From Candidatus Collierbacteria bacterium GW2011_GWB2_45_17 (GTDB taxonomy: Bacteria; Patescibacteriota; Microgenomatia; UBA1400; MFAQ01): a stretch of DNA of 64,000 bases. The notes beneath the pieces are model-generated. The model saw only the letters and a list, made by a program, of their open reading frames with translations, did no database searches and was not told the DNA's origin. Where the stretch lies: NCBI GenBank assembly GCA_001001485.1, contig LCKO01000001.1:9381-73380 (forward strand), read 5' to 3'. Positions within the stretch are counted from its first letter, which is position 1. Each line of letters starts with the position of its first letter. Positions 40,105 through 48,833 of this stretch are shown in pieces. Made by a program: the position numbers and the translations under genes.

Positions 40105-40413
40105 ATGTCCACTCCCTTAATCCACCAAAATACCATTCTTAAGCCTGTCGTTACCGAGAAAAGCCACTCTTTAGCCATTCTGGACAAGTATGTTTTTCAG
40201 GTCGACCCGAGTGCCAGCAAGTATCAGATCAAAAAAGCGGTTGAGGATCTCTTTAAGGTCAATGTTGTCTCCATTAATACGATCAAACATGCCTCCCGCA
40301 AAATCAAATCACCCAAAACTGGCCGCCACCTTTCCGTGCCTTCAGACAAAAAAGCGGTTGTTCAGATCAAAAAAGGCCAAAAAATCGAGATTTTTAACTC
40401 TCTTAAGTCATAA
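40105..40413 (+). CDS. rplW: 50S ribosomal protein L23
   Basis: L23 signature. Confidence 0.85.
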   Translation: MSTPLIHQNTILKPVVTEKSHSLAILDKYVFQVDPSASKYQIKKAVEDLFKVNVVSINTIKHASRKIKSPKTGRHLSVPSDKKAVVQIKKGQKIEIFNSLKS

Positions 40414-40418
40414 TAAAC

Positions 40419-41174
40419 ATGAAAACCATACCTAAAAAACTTATCAAGCTAAATCCTAAATCTTCGGGACGCAATTCTTCTGGTAAAATAACCGTTCGAC
40501 ATCAGGGTGGTCGTGAAAAGCGTTTTCTCCGTCATATCGACTGGAAGAGGAACCTTGCACTCACCGCTCGAGTTGAATCTATCCAGTACGATCCCAATCG
40601 CACTTCCGATATCGCCCTTTTAGTTTATGTGAGCGGCATCAAAGACTACATTCTGGCCCCCCAAGGCCTCAAAGTCGGAGATACCGTTATTTCTTCCGAA
40701 GCCGCCGAAATTAAGGTTGGTAATTGTTTACCCCTAAAGAACATCCCCATTGGGATCGAGATTCACAATCTTGAAATTGTCCCCGGCAAAGGCGCTCAAA
40801 TGGTCAGAAGTGCCGGAAACACCGCTACCGTCCAAAGCAAGGAAGGCAATGTTGTCGTGGTCAAACTTCCTTCCGGGGAAATTCGTCAATTCGATGGCAC
40901 TTGTAAAGCCACCATTGGTGCTCTCAGCAATCCTCATCACAAAGAAGAAATCCTTGGTAAAGCTGGCCGCAAACGCCACATGGGTGTCAGGCCGACAGTC
41001 AGAGGTGTGGCTCAGGATCCCCGCTCTCATCCTCACGGTGGTGGAGAGGGACGTAGTGGCATCGGTATGAAGTCTCCTAAATCTCCTTGGGGCAAGAGAA
41101 CTTTAGGAAAACGCACTCGAGATCGCAAAAAATATAGCAATAAACTGATTATTAAACGTCGTTACGTCAAGTAA
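40419..41174 (+). CDS. rplB: 50S ribosomal protein L2
   Basis: L2 signature (GRNSSGKITVRHQGG, HPHGGGEG). Confidence 0.9.
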   Translation: MKTIPKKLIKLNPKSSGRNSSGKITVRHQGGREKRFLRHIDWKRNLALTARVESIQYDPNRTSDIALLVYVSGIKDYILAPQGLKVGDTVISSEAAEIKVGNCLPLKNIPIGIEIHNLEIVPGKGAQMVRSAGNTATVQSKEGNVVVVKLPSGEIRQFDGTCKATIGALSNPHHKEEILGKAGRKRHMGVRPTVRGVAQDPRSHPHGGGEGRSGIGMKSPKSPWGKRTLGKRTRDRKKYSNKLIIKRRYVK

Positions 41175-41191
41175 AATTAAATTAAATAAAC

Positions 41192-41476
41192 ATGTCTAGA
41201 AGTTCAATCAAAGGTCCATTCGTAGACGAAAAGCTCATTGTCAAAATTGAGCGACTTAAACTGGCCGGCAAGAAAGAACCCATCAAAACTTGGGCCAGAT
41301 CGTCTCAGATACCTCCGGAATTTGTCGGCTACACTTTCGCTGTTCACAACGGCAAAATTTTTAAAGAAGTTTTCATTACCGAGGACATGGTCGGTCACCG
41401 TCTAGGTGAGTTTTCTTTAACCAGAAATTTCCGAGGACATGGTCGGATCGTCAAAAGAACTCTATCCAAAACCTAA
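41192..41476 (+). CDS. rpsS: 30S ribosomal protein S19
   Basis: S19 signature. Confidence 0.9.
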   Translation: MSRSSIKGPFVDEKLIVKIERLKLAGKKEPIKTWARSSQIPPEFVGYTFAVHNGKIFKEVFITEDMVGHRLGEFSLTRNFRGHGRIVKRTLSKT

Positions 41477-41482
41477 AGCTCT

Positions 41483-41923
41483 ATGGCCACTAAAACAATT
41501 AAACAACTTGTCATCGCCAAAGCCAGTCACGCGCTTTCTTCTCCGCGTAAAACCAATCTGGTGCTTAAGGCCATTGTCGGTAGACCGGCACTTTTGGCAA
41601 TTAAACAATTGGCCGTCATTCCCAAGAGGGCCGGAGAACCTGTTGTTCAATTAATTAAACAGGCCATCGGTAATGCCGTTTCCAGATTTCAAGCCTCACC
41701 AGACAGTTTAATCATCGACTCCGCTTTCGCTACCAAAGGTCGTGTTCTAAAACGCGCTCACATCGGCGGTCGAGGTAAAACCAAGCCTTACGAACGCACC
41801 ACTTCACACTTGACTCTATATCTACGAGTTCTGACCCCCAAAGCCATCCCTGTCATCCCGAGCGCAGTCGAGGGATCTCACTCCACCAAGAAAGTCGTTA
41901 AATCTACCAAAAAAACAAAATAA
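41483..41923 (+). CDS. rplV: 50S ribosomal protein L22 with an extended C-terminus that contains an in-frame hairpin repeat
   Basis: L22 core; the tail ...PVIPSAVEGSHSTKKVVKSTKKTK is encoded by GTCATCCCGAGCGCAGTCGAGGGATCTCACTCCAC. Confidence 0.85.
   Translation: MATKTIKQLVIAKASHALSSPRKTNLVLKAIVGRPALLAIKQLAVIPKRAGEPVVQLIKQAIGNAVSRFQASPDSLIIDSAFATKGRVLKRAHIGGRGKTKPYERTTSHLTLYLRVLTPKAIPVIPSAVEGSHSTKKVVKSTKKTK
41852..41886. repeat. Hairpin repeat GTCATCCCGAGCGCAGTCGAGGGATCTCACTCCAC embedded in-frame in the rplV 3' end
   Basis: Same family as the copies at 20253, 46334 and 46988. Confidence 0.6.
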
Positions 41924-41925
41924 TC

Positions 41926-42579
41926 ATGGGAAAAAAAGTTAACCCAATCGCTTTTAGAACCGGCTACATCTTTCCCACCAAGTCGATCTGGTTTGCCAAT
42001 TTTAGAAACTACGCCAAGTATGTTTTGGAAGACAACAAGATCAGACGCTTTTTGGAAGCCAAGTTAAAGCTCGCCGGTATCACCAGTATCGAGATCAAAC
42101 GCTCGATCAATTCGGTTGATATTTTTATGAACGTTTCCCGCCCCGGCGTCGTTATTGGTCGTGGCGGTTCTTCTCTGGAAATTCTCAAAAAAGACATCGA
42201 AAAGCTCCTTAAAATTAATCCCAAGGCCAAAAACGCCGTCAAGATTAATCTTCACCCCCTAGAGATTAAAAATCCCGACATGAACTCAGCCATCATTGCC
42301 GATCGTCTAGCCAACCAATTGGAACACCGTTATCCTTTCCGTCGTGCCGCCAACCAAGCCATCGAAAAGGTTATGGCTTCCGGAGCCAAAGGTGTCAAAC
42401 TCGTTTTTGCCGGTCGTATCGATGGCGCCGAAATTGCCCGTGTCGAAAAGTTCAAACAAGGTCGAATTCCTACTCAAACCTTACGTGCCAACATTGATTA
42501 CATAGAGAAAAAAGCTCTTACCCGTTCCGGGTATGTTGGCATCAAAGTTTGGATTTATTCAGGCGACATCATCAGCTAA
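41926..42579 (+). CDS. rpsC: 30S ribosomal protein S3
   Basis: S3 signature. Confidence 0.9.
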   Translation: MGKKVNPIAFRTGYIFPTKSIWFANFRNYAKYVLEDNKIRRFLEAKLKLAGITSIEIKRSINSVDIFMNVSRPGVVIGRGGSSLEILKKDIEKLLKINPKAKNAVKINLHPLEIKNPDMNSAIIADRLANQLEHRYPFRRAANQAIEKVMASGAKGVKLVFAGRIDGAEIARVEKFKQGRIPTQTLRANIDYIEKKALTRSGYVGIKVWIYSGDIIS

Positions 42580-42615
42580 GTCCTATCAACCAACAACTAA
42601 TAACAAAGAACTAAC

Positions 42616-43029
42616 ATGTTACAACCAGGGAGACGCAAATATCGAAAAGAGTTTAGAGGTAGTATGGGAGGCGTTGCCACTCGTACCCATGAACTCTCTT
42701 ACGGAGACTTCGGGATCAAAGCCTTAGAATGTGGTTGGCTATCGGCCAACGAAATTGAATCTGCTCGCCGCACCATCACTCACCACACTAAACGGGTCGG
42801 TAAATTTTTCCTTCGTGTTTTTCCTCACAAACCTATCGGTCACAAGACTCCTGGTGCTCGTATGGGTTCCGGCAAGTCGGATGTGTCAGGCTACGTTGCC
42901 GTCGTCAAGCCCGGGCAGATACTGATGGAGCTTTCCGGAGTAACCAGAGAAATTGCCACCGAAGCCATCCGTCTCGCCGGCCACAAACTCTCCGTTAAAA
43001 CCAAATTAATTGAAAAAGAAAATGCCTAA
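42616..43029 (+). CDS. rplP: 50S ribosomal protein L16
   Basis: L16 signature. Confidence 0.9.
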   Translation: MLQPGRRKYRKEFRGSMGGVATRTHELSYGDFGIKALECGWLSANEIESARRTITHHTKRVGKFFLRVFPHKPIGHKTPGARMGSGKSDVSGYVAVVKPGQILMELSGVTREIATEAIRLAGHKLSVKTKLIEKENA

Positions 43030-43201
43030 AACAAAGACCGTTACCTCCACCACGACCCTTGAAGAGCTCAAAATTAAGTTAGCGAGCATCAAGCTTAATA
43101 TCCGTGCCGGTATCGAAAAAAATACCAACGCTCACAAGAAGACCAAAGTCCAAATTGCTCAGCTCTTGACTAAGAACAATCAACCAATAACTAATAACTA
43201 A
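43010..43201 (+). CDS. rpmC: 50S ribosomal protein L29; its C-terminal NQPITNN is encoded by an AACTAA-type tract
   Basis: L29 signature. Confidence 0.8.
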   Translation: MKKKMPKTKTVTSTTTLEELKIKLASIKLNIRAGIEKNTNAHKKTKVQIAQLLTKNNQPITNN

Positions 43202-43202
43202 A

Positions 43203-43430
43203 ATGAAACACCTACTCGGCACTGTTAAAAGCGACAAAAATATTAAAACCGCCATCGTTGATGTCGTCAGATTCAAAGTTCACCCCAAATACCTGAAACG
43301 TATCAAGGTCAATAAGTCTTACGCTGTCCAAAACGACCTCGGCGCCAAAGTCGGGAATCGTGTCCGTCTCGAAGAAACTCGTCCCATTAGTAAAACCAAA
43401 CGTTGGAAAATCTCTAAAATTATAAAATAA
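43203..43430 (+). CDS. rpsQ: 30S ribosomal protein S17
   Basis: S17 signature. Confidence 0.9.
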   Translation: MKHLLGTVKSDKNIKTAIVDVVRFKVHPKYLKRIKVNKSYAVQNDLGAKVGNRVRLEETRPISKTKRWKISKIIK

Positions 43431-43431
43431 T

Positions 43432-43806
43432 ATGATTCAACTAAGATCCGTCCTTAACATTGCCGACAACTCCGGAGCCAAACAGATCAAGGTCATTTTG
43501 GTTCATGGAGGCTCTCACCGTCGCTTCGGTCGCATTGGTGACGTGGTTACCGCCGCTGTCGAAGGTGCCTCTGCCGATGGCACAGTCAAAGACAAGCAGG
43601 TGGTCAAAGCCGTGCTCGTCCGCACTCGCAAGGAAACCCGCCGGCCGGACGGTACCTACGTTCGCTTTGACGACAACGCCGCTGTTATTATTGACTCAAT
43701 TGCGAGTAAGCTCCCTTTGGGAACTCGTATCTTTGGCCCCATCGCCCGTGAGGTAAAAGATGCCGGTTTCTCCAAGATTGCCTCACTCGCCCCCGAAGTC
43801 GTCTAA
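43432..43806 (+). CDS. rplN: 50S ribosomal protein L14
   Basis: L14 signature. Confidence 0.9.
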   Translation: MIQLRSVLNIADNSGAKQIKVILVHGGSHRRFGRIGDVVTAAVEGASADGTVKDKQVVKAVLVRTRKETRRPDGTYVRFDDNAAVIIDSIASKLPLGTRIFGPIAREVKDAGFSKIASLAPEVV

Positions 43807-43811
43807 CAATC

Positions 43812-43849
43812 GTCATTGCGAGTCTCGTATTCGAGCCGAAGCAATCCAG
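43812..43849. repeat. Hairpin repeat GTCATTGCGAGTCTCGTATTCGAGCCGAAGCAATCCAG between rplN and rplX
   Basis: Same family as the 16813 and 46920 elements. Confidence 0.6.
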
Positions 43850-43871
43850 AAAAAATAAAACTATAAAACAT

Positions 43872-44195
43872 ATGTTCAAATTCAAAATCAACGATACTGT
43901 TCAGATCACCGCCGGCAAAGACAAGGGGCGCAGTGGTAAAGTCCTAAAAGTCCTGCCAGTCGACCAAAAAGTCTTGGTGGAGGGGATTAATCTTTACAAA
44001 AAACACATCAAGCCCAAAGGTAACGAAGCCGGTACCATCCTGACACTTCCTCGTGCTCTATCCACTGCTTCCGTTGCTCTCATCTGCCCGAGCTGTGGCA
44101 AGCCCACCAGGGTCGGCTTTGATGCCTCCCAAACCCCCAAAGTCAGAATTTGTCACAAGTGTCGTCAGATAATTACCAGTGAAATCAAAAAATGA
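43872..44195 (+). CDS. rplX: 50S ribosomal protein L24 with a C-terminal C4 zinc-ribbon extension
   Basis: KOW domain, then CPSCGKPT...CHKCRQ. Confidence 0.85.
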   Translation: MFKFKINDTVQITAGKDKGRSGKVLKVLPVDQKVLVEGINLYKKHIKPKGNEAGTILTLPRALSTASVALICPSCGKPTRVGFDASQTPKVRICHKCRQIITSEIKK

Positions 44196-44740
44196 TTCAA
44201 AATTTAAAAGAAAAATATTTAAAAGAAATTCGTCCGGTCCTCCAAAAAGAGTTGGGTCTTTCCTCTGTTGAGGCCGTTCCCAAGATCACCAAGATCACGG
44301 TCAACACCAGCTCCAAGGACTTCAAAACCGACAAAGACTTGCTGGCCAAAACCAAGGACTGGATGAGCAAGATCACCGGCCAAGCTCCATTGGAGACCAA
44401 GTCGAGATCCAGTATCGCCGCCTTCAATTTGCGCGAAGGTGAGGTAGTTGGTTTAAAAACTACACTTCGAGGCACCAGAATGTATGACTTCCTGGAAAAG
44501 CTCATCTCCATCGTTCTCCCGCGTCTAAAAGATTTTCAAGGTATCTCCACTAAAGCCTTCGACAACAAAGGCAACTACACCATTGGTTTTCCCGAACAAA
44601 TAGTGTTTCCCGAGGTCGAATATGATAAAATCGGGAGGATTCAAGGGCTAGAAGTGACCGTCTCCACCAGTGCGAAAGACTCCAAAACCTCTTTGATGTT
44701 CTTAAGAGTCTTAGGCATGCCTTTTACCAAGGAGTCATAA
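44192..44740 (+). CDS. rplE: 50S ribosomal protein L5
   Basis: L5 signature. Confidence 0.9.
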   Translation: MIQNLKEKYLKEIRPVLQKELGLSSVEAVPKITKITVNTSSKDFKTDKDLLAKTKDWMSKITGQAPLETKSRSSIAAFNLREGEVVGLKTTLRGTRMYDFLEKLISIVLPRLKDFQGISTKAFDNKGNYTIGFPEQIVFPEVEYDKIGRIQGLEVTVSTSAKDSKTSLMFLRVLGMPFTKES

Positions 44741-44750
44741 AATATTTAAG

Positions 44751-44936
44751 ATGGCTAAAAAAAGCAAAATTGCTAAAACACTTAAACTTGCCGGTCACAG
44801 CACCCGTGATCACCGTCGTTGCCAGCTCTGCGGCCGACCTCGTGGTGTCATCCGTATCTTCGGTCTTTGCCGTCTCTGCTTCAGAGAAATGGCTCACCGA
44901 GGAGAGTTACCCGGTGTTTTCAAAATGTCAAAATAA
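44751..44936 (+). CDS. rpsN: 30S ribosomal protein S14, zinc-binding type Z
   Basis: 61 aa; CQLCGRP...CRLCFRE. Confidence 0.9.
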   Translation: MAKKSKIAKTLKLAGHSTRDHRRCQLCGRPRGVIRIFGLCRLCFREMAHRGELPGVFKMSK

Positions 44937-44937
44937 T

Positions 44938-45327
44938 ATGGATACTACCGCCGACTTTTTAACTATCATCCGCAATGGCTACCTCGCCAAAAAAGACACA
45001 GTGGTTGTCGAATTTTCCAAAGCCAGAGAGGAACTCACTAAGATTCTTAAGACAGAGGCTTTTATCGTCGATTACTCAGTCGAAAAAGCTAAACCCGTTA
45101 ACAAACTCATCATTAATCTTCGTTATTTCGACAAGGGCCTGCCTGCCGTTACCGGTATCAAGAAAATCACCAAACCTAGTGTCCGAATTTACTCTGGGTA
45201 CAATCAAATTCCACGAACTCTCTCCGGCGCCGGCACTACCATTCTGACTACCTCGGCTGGTTATATGACCGGCAAGACCGCTCGTGAAAAACATCTTGGC
45301 GGCGAAGTTATTTGTCAAATTTGGTAA
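44938..45327 (+). CDS. rpsH: 30S ribosomal protein S8
   Basis: S8 signature; start at MDTTADFLTIIRNG (the ORF-track ORF 44770-45327 has an over-extended 5' end). Confidence 0.85.
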   Translation: MDTTADFLTIIRNGYLAKKDTVVVEFSKAREELTKILKTEAFIVDYSVEKAKPVNKLIINLRYFDKGLPAVTGIKKITKPSVRIYSGYNQIPRTLSGAGTTILTTSAGYMTGKTAREKHLGGEVICQIW

Positions 45328-45330
45328 CAA

Positions 45331-45399
45331 ATACCAACTAAACTAACCATTAACCAATAACTAATAACCATTAACCAATAACTAAGCACTAATAACTAA
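45331..45399. repeat. AACTAA-rich low-complexity tract with two direct repeats of ACCATTAACCAATAACTAA
   Basis: Similar AACTAA(T/G)AAC tracts at 42581-42615, 43180-43202, 56971-57005 and 59385-59426. Confidence 0.45.
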
Positions 45400-45400
45400 C

Positions 45401-45952
45401 ATGAGCCGCATTGGACGAAAACCACTATATCTTCCCGAAACTGTCAAGCTTGAAACTTACGAGACCTCGTTGAAGTTCACCGGCCCGAAGGGTACTCTGG
45501 AATCAGTCGTTCCTAAAGGTATCAAGGTCGAAATCAAAGGTAGTGTTATAAACTTTACTAGAGACAACAACATACCGGCCACCCGTGCCCTACACGGCCT
45601 AGCTCGCCGATTAGCCCAGAACTGCGTTACTGGCGTCACCGACGGTTTTTCAAAAGACCTTCTGTTGGTCGGAACCGGTTATCGTGTTTCTCCTCACGCC
45701 GAAGGTCTTTCCTTCTCGGTCGGTTACTCTCATCCGGTTATTTTCAAAAAGGTTGAAGGTGTTACCATTACCACCGAAGGTCAAGATAAAATCAAGGTTA
45801 CCGGCATCGACAAACAACTGGTTGGCCAAGTCGCCGCCAATATCCGCGAGATTAGAAAACCCGAGCCTTACAAAGGCAAGGGGATTCGCTATGTCGACGA
45901 AGTCATCCTCAAGAAGCAAGGTAAAACAGCTACCAAAACCGCCGCCGTTTAA
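45401..45952 (+). CDS. rplF: 50S ribosomal protein L6
   Basis: L6 signature. Confidence 0.9.
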   Translation: MSRIGRKPLYLPETVKLETYETSLKFTGPKGTLESVVPKGIKVEIKGSVINFTRDNNIPATRALHGLARRLAQNCVTGVTDGFSKDLLLVGTGYRVSPHAEGLSFSVGYSHPVIFKKVEGVTITTEGQDKIKVTGIDKQLVGQVAANIREIRKPEPYKGKGIRYVDEVILKKQGKTATKTAAV

Positions 45953-45960
45953 AACCAAAA

Positions 45961-46332
45961 ATGAAAAAGCTAAACGATAAACAATCCAGAGCCGGCCGCA
46001 TCCGATCCAAATTGCTCGCCCGCACCACTCGTCCTCGTCTGACGGTCAGTCGTAGCAATCAAAATATTTTTGCCCAAATTATCGATCAAACCGGTAAGGT
46101 TCTGGCTGCCTTTGGTTCAGCGTCATTGCGAGGAGGTCGCCTCAGACGACCGACGAAGCAATCTATAAAAATGACCAAAACGGAAATGGCTACCGAAGTT
46201 GGTAAGAAACTTGGCGAAATAGCCAAAAACAAAAAAATTTCCACTGTCGTTTTTGATCGTGGTTCTTACCGTTTTCATGGCCGTGTCAAAACCCTCGCCG
46301 AAGCCGTCCGCGCCACCGGCATCAAATTCTAA
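45961..46332 (+). CDS. rplR: 50S ribosomal protein L18 carrying an in-frame hairpin-repeat insertion
   Basis: L18 core; the inserted segment SLRGGRLRRPTKQS is encoded by GTCATTGCGAGGAGGTCGCCTCAGACGACCGACGAAGCAATC. Confidence 0.85.
   Translation: MKKLNDKQSRAGRIRSKLLARTTRPRLTVSRSNQNIFAQIIDQTGKVLAAFGSASLRGGRLRRPTKQSIKMTKTEMATEVGKKLGEIAKNKKISTVVFDRGSYRFHGRVKTLAEAVRATGIKF
46122..46163. repeat. Hairpin repeat (GTCATTGCGAG...GAAGCAATC family) inside the rplR coding sequence, in frame
   Basis: Sequence identity to the intergenic copies. Confidence 0.6.
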
Positions 46333-46333
46333 C

Positions 46334-46368
46334 GTCATTCCGACCGAAGCGGAGGAATCTCACTCCAC
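46334..46368. repeat. Hairpin repeat GTCATTCCGACCGAAGCGGAGGAATCTCACTCCAC
   Basis: Same family as the 20253, 41852 and 46988 copies. Confidence 0.6.
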
Positions 46369-46396
46369 TAAATAAACAAATATAAAATAAAACAAA

Positions 46397-46915
46397 ATGG
46401 CCTACACAGGAAATACAAACAACAGCAATCGAGGCGGCGGTCGTCCGGCTCCAGAAGGCTTCGAACAAGTCCTTCAGATCCGTCGCGTCAGCAAGAAGAC
46501 TCAGGGTGGTACCAATGTCTCCTTCTCTGCGTTAGTGGTGACCGGGGACAAAAAAGGTAAAGTTGGTCTAGGTTTAGCCAAGGCTCCCAACGTCGCTGAT
46601 GCTATCAAAAAAGCCATTCGTCTCAGTAACCGAGACTTGGTTCAAGTTCCCCTGGTCGATGGTACTATCCCCTACGAAACCAACTCCAAGTACGGCGCCG
46701 CCAAAGTTCTTTTCCGCCCGGCTCCCAAGGGTACCGGTCTTATCGCCGGTTCATCCGTCCGCGCCGTGGTTGAAGCCGCCGGTATTACCGACATCGTTTG
46801 CAAGGTTTTGGGTACCAACAACAAGACCAGCAACGCCAGGGCTACTTTCAAAGCTCTCAAACAGATCGAAACTCTAGGTAAAAAATACCAATTGCTCAAA
46901 GCCCTGAGGGCGTAG
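46397..46915 (+). CDS. rpsE: 30S ribosomal protein S5
   Basis: S5 signature. Confidence 0.9.
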   Translation: MAYTGNTNNSNRGGGRPAPEGFEQVLQIRRVSKKTQGGTNVSFSALVVTGDKKGKVGLGLAKAPNVADAIKKAIRLSNRDLVQVPLVDGTIPYETNSKYGAAKVLFRPAPKGTGLIAGSSVRAVVEAAGITDIVCKVLGTNNKTSNARATFKALKQIETLGKKYQLLKALRA

Positions 46916-46919
46916 CCCC

Positions 46920-47022
46920 GTCATTGCGAGTTTCGGTACTCCGAACCGTGGCAATCCAGAACAATAAATATAATATACAAATTAATTGTCATCCCGAGCG
47001 AAGTCGAGGGATCTCACTCCAC
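46920..47022. repeat. Two hairpin repeats (GTCATTGCGAGTTTCGGTACTCCGAACCGTGGCAATCCAG and GTCATCCCGAGCGAAGTCGAGGGATCTCACTCCAC) occupying the position where rpmD (L30) would normally lie
   Basis: No L30-like ORF lies between rpsE and rplO. Confidence 0.6.
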
Positions 47023-47030
47023 AAAACAAT

Positions 47031-47483
47031 ATGAAAATGCTTTTATCCAATCTTCCCAAAATAATCGAAACTCCCAAAAAGCGCCTTGGACGAGGCTTTG
47101 GCTCTGGTGTCGGCGGTCACACCGTCGGACGTGGTCAAAAAGGTCAAAAAACCCGCGGTATTATCCCTCTTTGGTTTGAGGGCGGTCAGCTTCCCTTGGT
47201 CCGCCGGACTCCTTTCATCAAGGGTAAGCACCGTTTCCAGGTTATCAAGCCTCAGCCTATCACCGTCAACTTCGATCGCCTCGACAAGTTTGCCGAAAAC
47301 TCGGTCGTAGACGCCCTTTTCCTTGCCACTGCCCTCAAGGTGAGCGAGAAAGAAGCCAAGCGCGGCTTCAAGATTATCGCTACCGGTAAGCTCACCAAAC
47401 CCTTCCAAATCGCCGTCCCGGCCTCCGCGGGGGCCATCAAGGCTATTGAGAAGGCCGGCGGCAAGTTCCTCGCCTCCAAATAG
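47031..47483 (+). CDS. rplO: 50S ribosomal protein L15
   Basis: L15 signature; start at MKMLLSNL (the ORF-track 5' extension translates the repeat). Confidence 0.85.
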   Translation: MKMLLSNLPKIIETPKKRLGRGFGSGVGGHTVGRGQKGQKTRGIIPLWFEGGQLPLVRRTPFIKGKHRFQVIKPQPITVNFDRLDKFAENSVVDALFLATALKVSEKEAKRGFKIIATGKLTKPFQIAVPASAGAIKAIEKAGGKFLASK

Positions 47484-47566
47484 CGTCACCCCACTCTTGA
47501 CTTTAGACCTATAATTTGATATAGTTTCAGTATAGGTTCACACTAAAACTAACGTTGGAGGTAAAG

Positions 47567-47905
47567 ATGTACACTGTTGATGATTTTGCAAAGGATATGC
47601 ATGCGGATGTATGGGCGATTCGAGGCAGGCTCTTGGAAATAACTTCAAAATGTCTCCAATGGGGTGAATTAAGCGTCAAACACTTAAAGCTTAAGGATGC
47701 CAAAGTAGTTGGGAACGTGCTCTTTCTTCGCTTTGTTGCTAGCAACGATTATTTGGCGATTGATCCAGTTGAGAAAAGAATCTACCAGGCCAATTACGAT
47801 CTCAAGGAAGTTCCTGGAAAGCACGAGATAGATCTATCTATCATCAATAATATTTCCAAAGAGCTTAAAACTCGGTATTCAAAGGCTAGCCCTGTCAGCT
47901 TTTAA
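47567..47905 (+). CDS. Hypothetical protein A of the rplO|secY island (SD GGAGG)
   Basis: 113 aa from the Met at 47567 (the ORF-track ORF starts at 47555); SD then ATG; followed by a strong terminator. Confidence 0.45.
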   Translation: MYTVDDFAKDMHADVWAIRGRLLEITSKCLQWGELSVKHLKLKDAKVVGNVLFLRFVASNDYLAIDPVEKRIYQANYDLKEVPGKHEIDLSIINNISKELKTRYSKASPVSF

Positions 47906-47916
47906 ATATATGCAGA

Positions 47917-47946
47917 CAAAACCATTCCCCCCGGGAGTGGTTTTTT
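47917..47946 (+). terminator. Intrinsic terminator AAAACCATTCCCCCCGGGAGTGGTTTTTTG followed by a -10-like CTATAAT
   Basis: Long GC stem plus T-tract. Confidence 0.6.
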
Positions 47947-47988
47947 GCTATAATATCCCAGAACATTAAAATTCCAGGAGGTATACCC

Positions 47989-48417
47989 GTGTTTAACATT
48001 CGTTTTCAGAATCTACCCAAGCTTGTCTTTAACCCGCGCCTTTTCGCTTTTGAACCTGCCCATGTGGACACGCTCCGCCAAGTTATCGGCACACTCTTAA
48101 GATGCCCGCCGGAACTACCCCAACTCTTAATTGAAAGATCGGAGTGCTTTATTTTGGAAGACAAAAGCCTCGTAGCGGCCCCCGTACGGATTATCGTCGA
48201 GTGGTACTCTGAACGCCCTAGTTCCGACACTATTTTTGGCCTGGCTCTGGCCTTTTACAACTTTCTAAAAGCTTATGGCTTTGAAGCAGGTCTGACAGTC
48301 ATCTTTTCCGGTATTTCCGAAGGTGACGCCTTCATTGAGAAAGATGGTCGTTTGATTTCCGCTCCCCGTCTCCCCACTCCACATTTTAACTATCGTGGCT
48401 TTCAAGGCAAACGCTAA
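47989..48417 (+). CDS. Hypothetical protein B (GTG start, SD GGAGG)
   Basis: 142 aa ORF, no recognizable family. Confidence 0.45.
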   Translation: MFNIRFQNLPKLVFNPRLFAFEPAHVDTLRQVIGTLLRCPPELPQLLIERSECFILEDKSLVAAPVRIIVEWYSERPSSDTIFGLALAFYNFLKAYGFEAGLTVIFSGISEGDAFIEKDGRLISAPRLPTPHFNYRGFQGKR

Positions 48418-48426
48418 AGGAGATTT

Positions 48427-48801
48427 ATGAAATCTTTGCTCACCTTAAACAATCTCGGCTACGCCAGAGACGTTTCCGGGGGACCAGAATGTAATTGCGA
48501 CCTCGGGGTATTCATTTTCGCCTCCGAACAAAGCCTCAAAATACGCACCTATTTCTATCTGAAGAATCAGTCGGAAAAACAATTGGTCATCGGTAAGTTG
48601 GTGGATGGTGTCAATGATAGTGCGGATCTAGACCATGGCAAGCTAACCTTCAGGTTCGAAAGTAACGGACACGTTGAACTCTCCTGGGAAAACCAAGAAG
48701 GCCATCAAACTGCCACCTTCAATGAAATTGCTTTGGTCCAGCTTATGGAAGTCGAATGGGTCCGAACCCTCGTCAAAAACCGCACCGCCAGCTATCTCTA
48801 A
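48427..48801 (+). CDS. Hypothetical protein C (SD AGGAG)
   Basis: 124 aa ORF, no recognizable family. Confidence 0.45.
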   Translation: MKSLLTLNNLGYARDVSGGPECNCDLGVFIFASEQSLKIRTYFYLKNQSEKQLVIGKLVDGVNDSADLDHGKLTFRFESNGHVELSWENQEGHQTATFNEIALVQLMEVEWVRTLVKNRTASYL

Positions 48802-48807
48802 TCTTTA

Positions 48808-48833
48808 CGCCACCCTTCACTGGGTGGTTTTTG
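48808..48833 (+). terminator. Intrinsic terminator GCCACCCTTCACTGGGTGGTTTTTG followed by a -10-like TTACAAT
   Basis: GC stem plus T-tract. Confidence 0.55.

Noticed and set aside
45331-45399. CRISPR array
   Set aside because: The only short direct repeats (AACTAA tracts and the GTCAT hairpins) are irregular, lack uniform spacers and are dispersed; no cas genes are present
46986-47030. N-terminal extensions translating repeat DNA in the ORF-track ORFs 46986-47483 (rplO) and 59863-60057 (upstream of 60058-60462)
   Set aside because: These extensions read straight through GTCAT hairpin repeats (MSSRAKSRDLTPQNN..., VIANLVLELWQSHPTVIPDLIRDPSP...); orthologue-length starts exist just downstream of the repeats
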